Shown here: positions 18,124 to 26,918 of the stretch, piece by piece
Layout of the letters: every line of letters begins with the position of its first letter
How positions within the stretch are numbered: position 1 is the first letter of the stretch
Assembly: GCA_017628395.1 (NCBI GenBank)
Contig: JAGBZD010000042.1
Coordinates: 6,386-70,385, forward strand
Length of the DNA: 64,000 bases
Source: Paludibacteraceae bacterium
GTDB taxonomy: Bacteria > Bacteroidota > Bacteroidia > Bacteroidales > Paludibacteraceae
Direction of reading: 5' to 3'
Notes under the pieces: model-generated
What the model saw: only the letters and a program-made list of their open reading frames with translations
The model's database searches: none
Told to the model about the DNA's origin: nothing
Translations under genes and position numbers: made by a program

Positions 18124-18792
18124 ATGTATTTTATTTTATTCATCACCATTGCATTGGCCAGTTGGGGTGTCAGCGCCCTGCTCAACCGCCGTTTCAAAGA
18201 GTATTCGCAAGTATTCTTGCCCTTAACAGGTTGCCAAGTGGCAGAAAAAATGCTACGCGACAACGGCATTACAGATGTGCGAGTGACATGCACACCAGGT
18301 CATTTAACGGATCATTATGATCCACGAACCAAAACGGTAAACCTATCGGAGTCGGTATATAACTCGGCTAATGTGGCAGCCGCAGCAGTGGCAGCCCACG
18401 AGTGTGGTCACGCTTTGCAGCACGCTTTTGCCTACGGTCCATTGCGTATGCGTACAGCATTGGTGCCCGTGGTGAGTTTTGCTTCGCAATGGGTAACATG
18501 GGTGCTATTAGGAGGAATATTAATGATTGAGGTGTTCCCACAATTATTGCTCGCGGGAGTCATTCTTTATGGTTTGACCACCCTGTTTTCTTTCATTACC
18601 CTACCTGTGGAAATCAACGCGAGTATGCGTGCTGTAGCATGGTTGGAGCAAGCAGGCATCACCGATCGCCAAACCACGCCGATGGCATCAACGGCACTCC
18701 GTAGTGCTGCTTACACATATGTAGTAGCAGCATTGGCTTCCTTAGGAACACTCATGTACTACATACTTATATTGGTGGGTCGGCGAGACTAA
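18124..18792 (+). CDS. membrane zinc metallopeptidase (Zn_peptidase_2-like)
   Basis: HECGHALQH zinc motif plus N- and C-terminal helices. Confidence 0.8.
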   Translation: MYFILFITIALASWGVSALLNRRFKEYSQVFLPLTGCQVAEKMLRDNGITDVRVTCTPGHLTDHYDPRTKTVNLSESVYNSANVAAAAVAAHECGHALQHAFAYGPLRMRTALVPVVSFASQWVTWVLLGGILMIEVFPQLLLAGVILYGLTTLFSFITLPVEINASMRAVAWLEQAGITDRQTTPMASTALRSAAYTYVVAALASLGTLMYYILILVGRRD

Positions 18793-18808
18793 AAATTGCC
18801 GAACACAG

Positions 18809-18882
18809 GGCTCCGTAGCTTAGCTGAATAGAGCGTCAGATTCCGGTTCTGAAGGTCCTGGGTTTGAATCCCAGCGGGGTCA
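18809..18882 (+). tRNA. tRNA-Arg (anticodon CCG)
   Basis: Manual cloverleaf: acceptor GGCTCCG/CGGGGTC, D arm GCTT-AGCTGAATA-GAGC, and anticodon arm TCAGA-TTCCGGT-TCTGA (U33, CCG, G37). Variable loop AGGTC, T arm CTGGG-TTTGAAT-CCCAG, discriminator A. No encoded CCA. Confidence 0.9.
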
Positions 18883-18898
18883 CAAAACAACGGTTGAT

Positions 18899-19636
18899 AT
18901 GCAGAAACGATTGCTATACCTATGGATTCTATTGACCATTTGCATTACCTCTACACAGGCAGAGGTGGTTGTGCTGCGTTCTGGTCAACAGATTAAGGGT
19001 GAAATGCTACTCAATAATGACGAAGTTGTTATTTTACGGCAAAAAAACGGACTGCGTTATCAATACCCAAAGACGGAGGTGGTGGCCATAAAAGAAGATA
19101 CGGAAGAGGTCACAACAGAAGAAAACACCCATATTACACCCCAGAAGAGTGTAGCTATTCGCGCAACGGCCGCTGGTGGGGCTGCCTATATACCTCATGT
19201 TGGTTGGGGTGGAACAATGGAGGCACACTTAATGGTGGGCACGCAAAGACTATTTGGACAACCATTTTTTCTGGGTGGTAGCATTGGCTATCGCGGCGTA
19301 TTCAATGGTGATAACACCTACTCATGGATTCCATTGCAATTAGCACTGCAATACCCTATCGCCTATCAGCCTACTACGCGACATCGCCCTCTTTTAGGTG
19401 CTTCATTTGGTTATTCATTCGCCACCAACAAACAATGGGGAGGCGGATTGTGCGCAGGAGTAGATTTCGGTTGGTGGTATCAAATCAACACCAATAGCAA
19501 CCTCTCTATTGCACTCACCGCGCAATGGCAACAAACACAAATAAACATAAAAGAAACTATCAATAATATCGAATACACTAATCATATCGGTTGCAATATA
19601 TTGGGTATCGGTATCAAAGTGGGAATACAATTTTAG
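18899..19636 (+). CDS. secreted protein, probable outer-membrane beta-barrel
   Basis: Signal peptide LLYLWILLTICITSTQA. The C-terminal half has alternating aromatic/Gly-rich strands and ends in F. Confidence 0.55.
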   Translation: MQKRLLYLWILLTICITSTQAEVVVLRSGQQIKGEMLLNNDEVVILRQKNGLRYQYPKTEVVAIKEDTEEVTTEENTHITPQKSVAIRATAAGGAAYIPHVGWGGTMEAHLMVGTQRLFGQPFFLGGSIGYRGVFNGDNTYSWIPLQLALQYPIAYQPTTRHRPLLGASFGYSFATNKQWGGGLCAGVDFGWWYQINTNSNLSIALTAQWQQTQINIKETINNIEYTNHIGCNILGIGIKVGIQF

Positions 19637-19641
19637 GGCAT

Positions 19642-19866
19642 ATGATTCACAAGAAGACGCCAACCGTTCATTCGCTCAATCGTCCCCGCCAACGCGCTGC
19701 TCGCACTCACCATGTGGGCATGTTGCTCAATGATAGTGAAATGCGCGCATTGAATCGTTATTGCGAAAAATATGGCGTCAAGAATCGCTCACGCTTTGTC
19801 CGAGAGATTGTCATGCGAACTGTACTCAAGCAGTTCGAAAAGGATACTCCTACCCTATTCGACTAA
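19642..19866 (+). CDS. small basic protein, possibly ribbon-helix-helix-like
   Basis: 74 aa. The segment VGMLLNDSEMRALNRYCEKYGVKNRSRFVREIVM resembles an RHH fold. Start chosen at the ATG at 19642. Confidence 0.45.
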   Translation: MIHKKTPTVHSLNRPRQRAARTHHVGMLLNDSEMRALNRYCEKYGVKNRSRFVREIVMRTVLKQFEKDTPTLFD

Positions 19867-19867
19867 C

Positions 19868-21460
19868 TCACTCTTCTATCAAGACAAAATCTATCTTTTT
19901 TCGTTCTACATCCACCCTCTCCACGCGTACGCGCACATTATCTGATAGGGTGTATGTCTTTCCACTGCGTGCTGCAATCAAGCAAAAGTTGTCCTCATCG
20001 TATTGCATATAGTCATGCGGTTGAATCGTGCGAATAGGCACAAGTCCTTCGGTGAGTGTATCCGACAGTTGAACAAACAAACCAAAGTCTGTCACACCAC
20101 TTATCACGCCATCAAACTCTTCCCCTATGCGGCTACTCATCCAGCGCGCTTGCATTTCCTTTACTGAATCGCGTTCTGCCATTTGAGCCACCTGTTCCAT
20201 ATCCGAACAATGTACGCAAGCCTCCTCCAGCAGCTCTTTTTCGTGGCGACACGAAGCTTTCGACTGAAGCAAATAACGCGACAGCAAACGATGAACCATC
20301 ATATCTGGATAACGACGAATAGGAGAAGTGAAATGGGTGTAATAAGGGAAAGCCAATCCATAATGCCCAATATTCGATGTCGAATATACCGCTTTTGCCA
20401 TTGTACGAATCGTTAGCGTCTCAATGAGCGATTGGCTATTGGTACCCTGACAACTATCCAAGAGGGAGTTGATATGCTTATTCTGTACACTTCGCTTGGA
20501 AGAAGTGCGCAAATGAAAGCCAAACTGACGAATAAAGTTACCCAGTTTTTGCAACTTTTCTGGGTCGGGCACATCGTGAACGCGATAAACAAAAGGAGGA
20601 GCAGATTCGCGCTTACCGATTTCCGCAGCTACAATGCGATTGGCGAGCAACATAAACTCTTCTATCAAATGATTACTATCCGCCAATTTGTGGAAATGGA
20701 TGGCTATTGGTTCGCCCGCGTCATCCAACTCAAACCGCACCTCTGGTGTTTCAAAATTGATAGCCCCATGGCGAAAACGATTTGCGCGCAATTGTTTAGC
20801 AAGCCTGTCCAATGCATGTAGCGCTGCCGTTAGAGCATCCGTTTGACTGCCGACTGCGGCACTTTTTTCTTCTAATATCTCCTGTGCTTGCTCATAAGTC
20901 AATCGATAATCAGAGCGTATAATTGTTCGACACACTTTGTGCTTAATCACTTTGGCTTGATTATCCATTTCTATGATCACAGACATACAGAGCTTATCTT
21001 CATTGGGTCGCAGACTACACAATTCGTTACATAGGCGTTCTGGAAGCATTGGTATGACTTTATCGACCAAGTAGATGCTGGTTCCGCGTTGATAAGCCTC
21101 TTCATCTATTACATTACCTTCTGGCACATAGTGTGTTACATCTGCAATGTGGATACCTATTTGGTAGTTTCCTGTGTCCAACACCTTGAACGACAGGGCA
21201 TCATCAAAATCTTTGGCATCGGAAGGATCAATGGTAAAAGTAAGTGTATCGCGCATATCGCGACGACGCATGATTTCCTCATTGGAAATGTCGGTTGGCA
21301 TTTTTTTTACAAACGCCAACACTTTATCGGGAAAATCACATGGTAGCACAAAGGATTCCTTGGAAGGACTTTCATATACCTGCTGTTCTATATTGCGTTG
21401 CTCGCGCATGCGGGCTCTATCACGGCGTTCTCGTTTGGCTATTAAATCTTTTGTTCGCAT
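19868..21460 (-). CDS. rnr: RNB-family 3'-5' exoribonuclease (RNase R/II-like) lacking N-terminal cold-shock domains
   Basis: RNB motifs DPSDAKDFDDALS and HYGLAFPYYTHFTSPIRRYPD. C-terminal S1 domain (GVISGVTDFGLFVQL). Confidence 0.8.
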   Translation of the reverse strand: MRTKDLIAKRERRDRARMREQRNIEQQVYESPSKESFVLPCDFPDKVLAFVKKMPTDISNEEIMRRRDMRDTLTFTIDPSDAKDFDDALSFKVLDTGNYQIGIHIADVTHYVPEGNVIDEEAYQRGTSIYLVDKVIPMLPERLCNELCSLRPNEDKLCMSVIIEMDNQAKVIKHKVCRTIIRSDYRLTYEQAQEILEEKSAAVGSQTDALTAALHALDRLAKQLRANRFRHGAINFETPEVRFELDDAGEPIAIHFHKLADSNHLIEEFMLLANRIVAAEIGKRESAPPFVYRVHDVPDPEKLQKLGNFIRQFGFHLRTSSKRSVQNKHINSLLDSCQGTNSQSLIETLTIRTMAKAVYSTSNIGHYGLAFPYYTHFTSPIRRYPDMMVHRLLSRYLLQSKASCRHEKELLEEACVHCSDMEQVAQMAERDSVKEMQARWMSSRIGEEFDGVISGVTDFGLFVQLSDTLTEGLVPIRTIQPHDYMQYDEDNFCLIAARSGKTYTLSDNVRVRVERVDVERKKIDFVLIEE

Positions 21461-21506
21461 AATCCGTATGTTTTATTGTTTTAACACATGTTTTACAAAA
21501 AACATG

Positions 21507-21514
21507 CAAAGGTA
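21507..21514 (-). promoter_or_regulatory. -7 box TACCTTTG for the RNase R-like gene
   Basis: The reverse complement of 21507-21514 is TACCTTTG. Confidence 0.5.
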
Positions 21515-21662
21515 CTGCTTTTTTTTCTAATTTCTGCAAAAATTGAAGCGAAAAATACATTATTTACATATTTTCTGCGCATACATATCATTATGTAATA
21601 AATAGAAGTTATCATTTTTTGAAAAATTACTCATTATGCTTGCGTGTTTGCATTTTTTGTAG

Positions 21663-21670
21663 TACCTTTG
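21663..21670 (+). promoter_or_regulatory. -7 box TACCTTTG for the 21686 gene
   Basis: Exact TAnnTTTG match. This argues the ORF-track start at 21644 is inside the promoter. Confidence 0.5.
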
Positions 21671-21685
21671 CAGGAAAATTTGATT

Positions 21686-22210
21686 ATGACCGAAGCTTCT
21701 ACACATTATGTTTATCAAGAGCCAGCCATTGAGTTCGTAACAGTGGCGGTGCAGTTATGCTTATACTTGGAGCAAGTAGCAGAGCAAGAGAAAGCCGATT
21801 TTATTGAGAAAATGCTATGCCTTTTACCACTGCTCTACCTCAAAGCGCGTTTGGTACCCAAAGCCTCCGAAGAAATGGACGGCTACTTAGAGCGTTTTGT
21901 GACAGAACAAGAATACGAGGACTTGCGCGCATTGCTTGCTCACAAATTAGGTTCAGATGATGCTTACTTGGAAGTATTTGTTGAGGATATGCGCTATTCC
22001 GATGAACCAATCACAGCGTTTATATCGGAAAATATTGCCGATATATATCAAGAACTCAAAGACTTGGCGTGCAACTACCAAACCCGCGAAGAGTCTGTGA
22101 TGAATGATGCGCTTGTGAATTGTATTGAAGCTTTTTATCAGCATTGGGGACAAAAACTATTGAATGTTCTTCGCCCCTTGCATGCTTTATCTCTTGTATG
22201 TGATGAATAA
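21686..22210 (+). CDS. DUF5063-like protein
   Basis: 174-aa acidic helical protein. By recollection it has conserved placement upstream of a 3'-5' exonuclease and RlmI in Bacteroidales. Confidence 0.5.
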   Translation: MTEASTHYVYQEPAIEFVTVAVQLCLYLEQVAEQEKADFIEKMLCLLPLLYLKARLVPKASEEMDGYLERFVTEQEYEDLRALLAHKLGSDDAYLEVFVEDMRYSDEPITAFISENIADIYQELKDLACNYQTREESVMNDALVNCIEAFYQHWGQKLLNVLRPLHALSLVCDE

Positions 22211-22901
22211 CCTTCTGCCAAATACTTTTAGCCACCATATTACCAAAACGGCAATACAAGAACTCCCACTCACGCACTTTGAGGGGGAGGTGATTGTAGT
22301 GGATAAGCCCGAGATGATTGCTGACGCAGCGGCATACTTGCGTCAGCAAACAATTTTGGGAGTAGATACAGAAGCGCGCCCCTCTTTCCAACGAGGCATT
22401 CATTATCCTACGGCATTGGTGCAAATATCCACCGAAGAACGCTGTTATCTTTTTCGGTTAACACATGTTGGATTTCCCGTTGAAATCGCTGAAATATTCG
22501 CCAATCCTGCTATTTGCAAGGTAGGATTAGCATTTAAAGACGACCTCACTGGACTAAGAAGACGACGCGACTTCAAGCCCGCCAACTGCATTGATTTGCA
22601 ATCCATCGTATGCAAATACGGTATCATGGAATTGGGATTACAAAAGATTTTTGCCATTATTTTTGGTAAGAAGATTAGTAAAGCCCAACAGCTCACCAAT
22701 TGGGAAAACTCGCACCTCACAACAGAACAAGCACGCTATGCTTCTACAGACGCATGGGCTACATTATGCATTTATCTCGCATTAAAGGCCACTAAGCCAC
22801 TATCGAAGAAAGAAGTCGATGCACTCAAGCAAGCAGAAAAAGAAGCACAAATCCTACGCCAACAAGCTGCAATAGCAAAAAAGCAAGAAGAAAAATCATG
22901 A
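22203..22901 (+). CDS. 3'-5' exonuclease (DnaQ/RNase D-like)
   Basis: DEDD-type motifs: ILGVDTEARP, CKVGLAFKDDL and YASTDAWA. Overlaps the upstream gene by 8 nt. Confidence 0.75.
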   Translation: MNNLLPNTFSHHITKTAIQELPLTHFEGEVIVVDKPEMIADAAAYLRQQTILGVDTEARPSFQRGIHYPTALVQISTEERCYLFRLTHVGFPVEIAEIFANPAICKVGLAFKDDLTGLRRRRDFKPANCIDLQSIVCKYGIMELGLQKIFAIIFGKKISKAQQLTNWENSHLTTEQARYASTDAWATLCIYLALKATKPLSKKEVDALKQAEKEAQILRQQAAIAKKQEEKS

Positions 22902-24109
22902 TTACTGTCCATCTCAAACCGCATAAAGAAGAGTCATTGTTGCGTTTCCACCCTTGGGTGTTCTCGGGTGCCATACGCAGTATTCAATTGGATAAGGATT
23001 ATCCCTATAATCAGCCACAAGAAGGAGAAGTGGTACAAGTGGTCGATTCCAACGGCACAATCTTGGGCGTTGGTCACTATCAGATTGGGTCCATAGCAGT
23101 GCGCATGTTGGCATTTGGTGTGGACACGCTACCTCCGACATTTTGGCAAGAGCGCATTGCTGCTGCTTATCAATTGCGACAGCATTTATCTTTGATTCGC
23201 CCAGACAATAACACCTATCGCCTTATTCATGGCGAGGGAGATGGCCTTCCGGGGTTGATTGTGGATGTTTATGCAGATACAGCCGTAGTGCAAGCACACT
23301 CGGTGGGTATGCATTGCAGTCGGGAAACCATTGCACAAGCCATTGTCGAAAATGTGCCACAAGTGACTAAAGTGTATTATAAATCCGATGATACATTACC
23401 ACACAAGGCACCCATCAGCGGGGAGCGCGTGGGCTACTTAATTGGCGAAGAAAACGCCGATTTCAACGGAGATTTCTGGGCGAAAGAAAACGGATTGGAG
23501 TTTCGTATTGATTGGTTGCGCGGACAGAAAACGGGTTTCTTTATTGACCAACGCGACAATCGTGCGCTGCTCGAACACTACGCTCAAGGACGCGATGTCC
23601 TCAATATGTTCTGCTATACGGGCGGATTCTCGGTTTATGCGCTACGCGGCGGAGCCAATAAAGTACATTCGGTGGATGTAAGCCAAAAAGCCATAGACTT
23701 AGTGAAAAGCAATGTAGAGAAAAATTTCGGCAAAACGCCGCAACACGAAGCATTCGCACAAGAAGCATTTGCATATATGGCGAATATGCAAGATAAATAC
23801 GACCTCATTGTATTGGATCCTCCTGCTTTTGCCAAGCACCGCGATGCCATTAAGAATGCACTACGAGGCTATCAACGGCTCAATGCGCGAGGCATACAGT
23901 GCATTCGCCCTGGTGGAATACTATTCACTTTCTCTTGTTCGCAAGCTATTGATAAAGAAATGTTTCGTTTAGCAGTATTTTCAGCAGCAGCACAAGTGGG
24001 AAGGCGTGTGAGAATCTTGCACCAGCTTCATCAACCCGCCGACCATCCTATCAATATTTATCACCCCGAAGGCGAGTATCTCAAAGGATTGGTATTGCAA
24101 GTAGAGTAA
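22898..24109 (+). CDS. rlmI: class I SAM-dependent 23S rRNA m5C methyltransferase (RlmI-like, PUA plus MTase)
   Basis: HPWVFSGAI PUA-like N-terminus. Also GQKTGFFIDQRDNR, VLNMFCYTGGFSV and VLDPPAF motifs. Confidence 0.75.
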   Translation: MITVHLKPHKEESLLRFHPWVFSGAIRSIQLDKDYPYNQPQEGEVVQVVDSNGTILGVGHYQIGSIAVRMLAFGVDTLPPTFWQERIAAAYQLRQHLSLIRPDNNTYRLIHGEGDGLPGLIVDVYADTAVVQAHSVGMHCSRETIAQAIVENVPQVTKVYYKSDDTLPHKAPISGERVGYLIGEENADFNGDFWAKENGLEFRIDWLRGQKTGFFIDQRDNRALLEHYAQGRDVLNMFCYTGGFSVYALRGGANKVHSVDVSQKAIDLVKSNVEKNFGKTPQHEAFAQEAFAYMANMQDKYDLIVLDPPAFAKHRDAIKNALRGYQRLNARGIQCIRPGGILFTFSCSQAIDKEMFRLAVFSAAAQVGRRVRILHQLHQPADHPINIYHPEGEYLKGLVLQVE

Positions 24110-24172
24110 TCAAGTCCTGCTTAACGCTTTGTAATTTAACATTTTGCACAACATATTAACACAAAACCATCC

Positions 24173-24835
24173 ATGAAAGTCATTCATTTATCAGAGCAAC
24201 CATCGCTGCTCAATCAGTATCTCAAAGAATTGCGCAATATACATGTGCAAAAAGACAGTATGCGTTTTCGCAGAAATATTGAACGCATCGGCGAAATCAT
24301 GGCTGTAGAAATCAGCAAGGAACTAACTTACGCCACAGAGCAAATCCAAACGCCGCTTGCTATTGCTGAAATGCAAGTGCCACAAGACCAAGTCGTGTTG
24401 GGTACTGTATTGCGCGCAGGATTGCCTATGCATCAAGGTTTTCTCAACATGTTTGACCATGCTGAAAATGCGTTCATCAGCGCCTATCGCCGCGAAACGA
24501 TAGGCAGAAGAGGCGAAACCAATTTAGAAATTGTTTCGGAATATCTGGCAGCTCCAAGCATAGAGGGCAAGACACTCATATTGGTAGATCCTATGCTGGC
24601 AACAGGATTGTCTATGGAAGTGGCATACAAGGCATTATTGAGCCACGGAACACCTAAGCATGTGCATATCGCGTGCATATTCGCGACTCCTCAATCCATT
24701 CAGCATTTACAAGAAAACATGCCAGAGCATGCTACGCTTTGGTGTGCTGTCATTGACCCCGAATTAAACGCGCAGAAATACATCGTTCCTGGTTTGGGCG
24801 ATGCAGGCGACCTGTGTTTTGGCACGAAACTCTAA
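24173..24835 (+). CDS. upp: uracil phosphoribosyltransferase
   Basis: PRPP-binding LILVDPMLATG, and the C-terminal YIVPGLGDAGD. Confidence 0.9.
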   Translation: MKVIHLSEQPSLLNQYLKELRNIHVQKDSMRFRRNIERIGEIMAVEISKELTYATEQIQTPLAIAEMQVPQDQVVLGTVLRAGLPMHQGFLNMFDHAENAFISAYRRETIGRRGETNLEIVSEYLAAPSIEGKTLILVDPMLATGLSMEVAYKALLSHGTPKHVHIACIFATPQSIQHLQENMPEHATLWCAVIDPELNAQKYIVPGLGDAGDLCFGTKL

Positions 24836-24853
24836 CGGGTACTCTGCACGCTC

Positions 24854-25228
24854 ATGGCAATACTTCGAGGATTTTGGAAAACACTTCTGGTGGCGGCTAT
24901 TATTCTGTATGCCAGTTTGCTGCGTGTCCCCCATTTCACCCTGCCTCCTGTAGATTATGGCGACAAATGGGTGCACTTGTTGGCATATGCTCTGTTGAGT
25001 TTCACCGCCTGTTGGGAGGGCAAGCAAAGCGGATTATGCGGCTGGCGCATCATACTGATTGCCATAGGCATACCTATTATCTATGGCGGTATAATAGAAG
25101 TGCTACAAGCATATTGGTTTTATCCTCGAACAGGTAGTTGGTTGGATTGGATAGCAGACTGTGCGGGCGTATTGGTAGGCAGTGGTATATTGCTTGCCTA
25201 CCACACTATAAGAAAAAACAAAGCATGA
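24854..25228 (+). CDS. VanZ-family membrane protein
   Basis: DKWVHLLAYALLSF motif and four helices. Confidence 0.7.
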   Translation: MAILRGFWKTLLVAAIILYASLLRVPHFTLPPVDYGDKWVHLLAYALLSFTACWEGKQSGLCGWRIILIAIGIPIIYGGIIEVLQAYWFYPRTGSWLDWIADCAGVLVGSGILLAYHTIRKNKA

Positions 25229-26298
25229 CACAGGAGTGGCTAAATAGAATAGCGTTGGTATGGGCTTTGCGTTACCGCCAGAAGTATGCTCGGCAGTTGC
25301 TGGACATGTATGGCTCTGCCAGTGAGGTTCTTATTCATCATCCCGACATCATCGGAAAAGAGGCATTCCTGCGTGCCGAACAAGAGGCTACATTCATTGA
25401 GCAACACGGTATTCAGACTTTTTTCTACAAGGATGCTAACTACCCCTATCGTTTGATGCAGTGTGTCGATGCTCCCATTGTACTCTATAGCAAGGGTAAT
25501 ACCAATATCAACCCCAAGCATGCCGTCAGTATTGTGGGAACAAGAGCGCCATCCGAACGCGGAAAAGAGTGGTGCAGGAATTTTGTACTATCATTAGCAG
25601 AGCAATTGTCGGATGTGACCATCATTAGCGGTCTTGCCTATGGAATTGATGTTGTAGCGCATAAGGCGGCATTAGAGGCAGGTATCCCTACCCTCATTAT
25701 TCCAGCTCATGGATTGGACCGTATCTATCCTACCATACACCGCAGTGTGGCGGTTTCGGCATTAGCACAGGGTGGAATCGTGACGGAATACATGCACGGT
25801 GTAGAACCCGAACGCCATCATTTTGTGGCACGCAATCGCATTGTAGCGGGCATGGCAGATGCTGTGGTGGTAGTGGAGTCGAAAGCCAGAGGCGGGTCGC
25901 TCATCACGGCACAAATGGCACAAGACTATAATCGCGATGTGTTTGCGCTGCCGGGCAGATATAACGACATCGCTTCCGAAGGCTGCAATCGTCTCATTCA
26001 ATCCCAACGCGCACAACTCATCACCCGCGCCGAGGACCTCATAGCCGCTATGCGCTGGGAGACGACAGCCAAACAACCTGCTCAAACCAGCATGGCGGAA
26101 TTGCTTTACGATTTGACTGCCACTCAGAAAATCCTCTTAGACAAATTATGCGAAGCGGAGGATGGGTGGCATGTAAATCAACTGGTAATGGAAACACAAC
26201 TACCCTATAACGAGGTGGCTGCCGAACTCATGATGATGGAGTTGAATGGTGTTGTAAAAGGATTACCCGGAGGCATGTGGCGAGTAGCAAAAAAGTGA
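25225..26298 (+). CDS. dprA: DNA-processing protein DprA
   Basis: IVGTRAPS, GLAYGIDVVAHKAAL and GSLITA motifs. ATGA overlap with the VanZ stop. Start moved from the ORF-track 25138. Confidence 0.85.
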   Translation: MTQEWLNRIALVWALRYRQKYARQLLDMYGSASEVLIHHPDIIGKEAFLRAEQEATFIEQHGIQTFFYKDANYPYRLMQCVDAPIVLYSKGNTNINPKHAVSIVGTRAPSERGKEWCRNFVLSLAEQLSDVTIISGLAYGIDVVAHKAALEAGIPTLIIPAHGLDRIYPTIHRSVAVSALAQGGIVTEYMHGVEPERHHFVARNRIVAGMADAVVVVESKARGGSLITAQMAQDYNRDVFALPGRYNDIASEGCNRLIQSQRAQLITRAEDLIAAMRWETTAKQPAQTSMAELLYDLTATQKILLDKLCEAEDGWHVNQLVMETQLPYNEVAAELMMMELNGVVKGLPGGMWRVAKK

Positions 26299-26322
26299 AA
26301 AACACGAAAAAACACACTAAAA

Positions 26323-26354
26323 CTTGCATAATTGCAAAGTTTTTAGTACCTTTG
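26323..26354 (+). promoter_or_regulatory. promoter (-33 CTTG, -7 TACCTTTG, 20-nt spacer)
   Basis: TACCTTTG lies at 26347-26354. Confidence 0.55.
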
Positions 26355-26391
26355 CAGCGTATTCTTGCGAAATTTAAAAAACAAATAATAT

Positions 26392-26559
26392 ATGGAAACT
26401 CTTTTGAAGAATTTAGGTGCAATCCTCGTCTTATTGGGCGTAGTTTGCTTGGCAGTGTACTTTTTCGGTGTACAAAAGAACGGATTGCTGGTTGCAGGTT
26501 TGGTTCTTGAAGTAGCAGGTGTGTTCGCACATATCTTTTTGAACAAGCGCTTATCATAA
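26392..26559 (+). CDS. small two-helix membrane protein (55 aa)
   Basis: METLLKNLGAILVLLGVVCLAVYFFGVQKNGLLVAGLVLEVAGVFAHIFLNKRLS. Below the ORF-track size cut-off. It has its own promoter and sits upstream of folB. Confidence 0.5.
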   Translation: METLLKNLGAILVLLGVVCLAVYFFGVQKNGLLVAGLVLEVAGVFAHIFLNKRLS

Positions 26560-26563
26560 ACTT

Positions 26564-26905
26564 GTGGTTATTCGTCTTCGTGACATCCAGTGTTACGCCT
26601 ATCATGGCGTACTGGAAGAAGAAAAGCAGCAAGGCAATACCTTTCGCGTGAATGTTGCCATTACCATTGACTCGCCCAAGGGTGTGGAGTCGGATTGTAT
26701 CCAAGACACATTGGATTATCGTGGTGTATGCGATATTGTGCGTGCAGAGATGTCCGTGCCATCTGAGTTAATAGAGCATGTAGCATGGCGCATCAAGCAA
26801 GCCTTGAGCAATGCTTTTCCAGCAGCGCAAGACATATGTGTAACCGTAGCCAAGAAGTCACCGGCAATGAGTTTGCCCATGGAATGGGTAGAAGTAGAAT
26901 TGTGA
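26564..26905 (+). CDS. folB: dihydroneopterin aldolase
   Basis: GTG start. YHGVLEEEKQQGNTFRVNV and DTLDYRGV are typical of FolB. Confidence 0.8.
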   Translation: MVIRLRDIQCYAYHGVLEEEKQQGNTFRVNVAITIDSPKGVESDCIQDTLDYRGVCDIVRAEMSVPSELIEHVAWRIKQALSNAFPAAQDICVTVAKKSPAMSLPMEWVEVEL

Positions 26906-26918
26906 TCATATTACCACT

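Noticed and set aside
26228-26704. 158-aa minus-strand ORF spanning the dprA end, an intergenic region and the folB start.
   Set aside because: It crosses a plus-strand promoter and two well-supported plus-strand genes.
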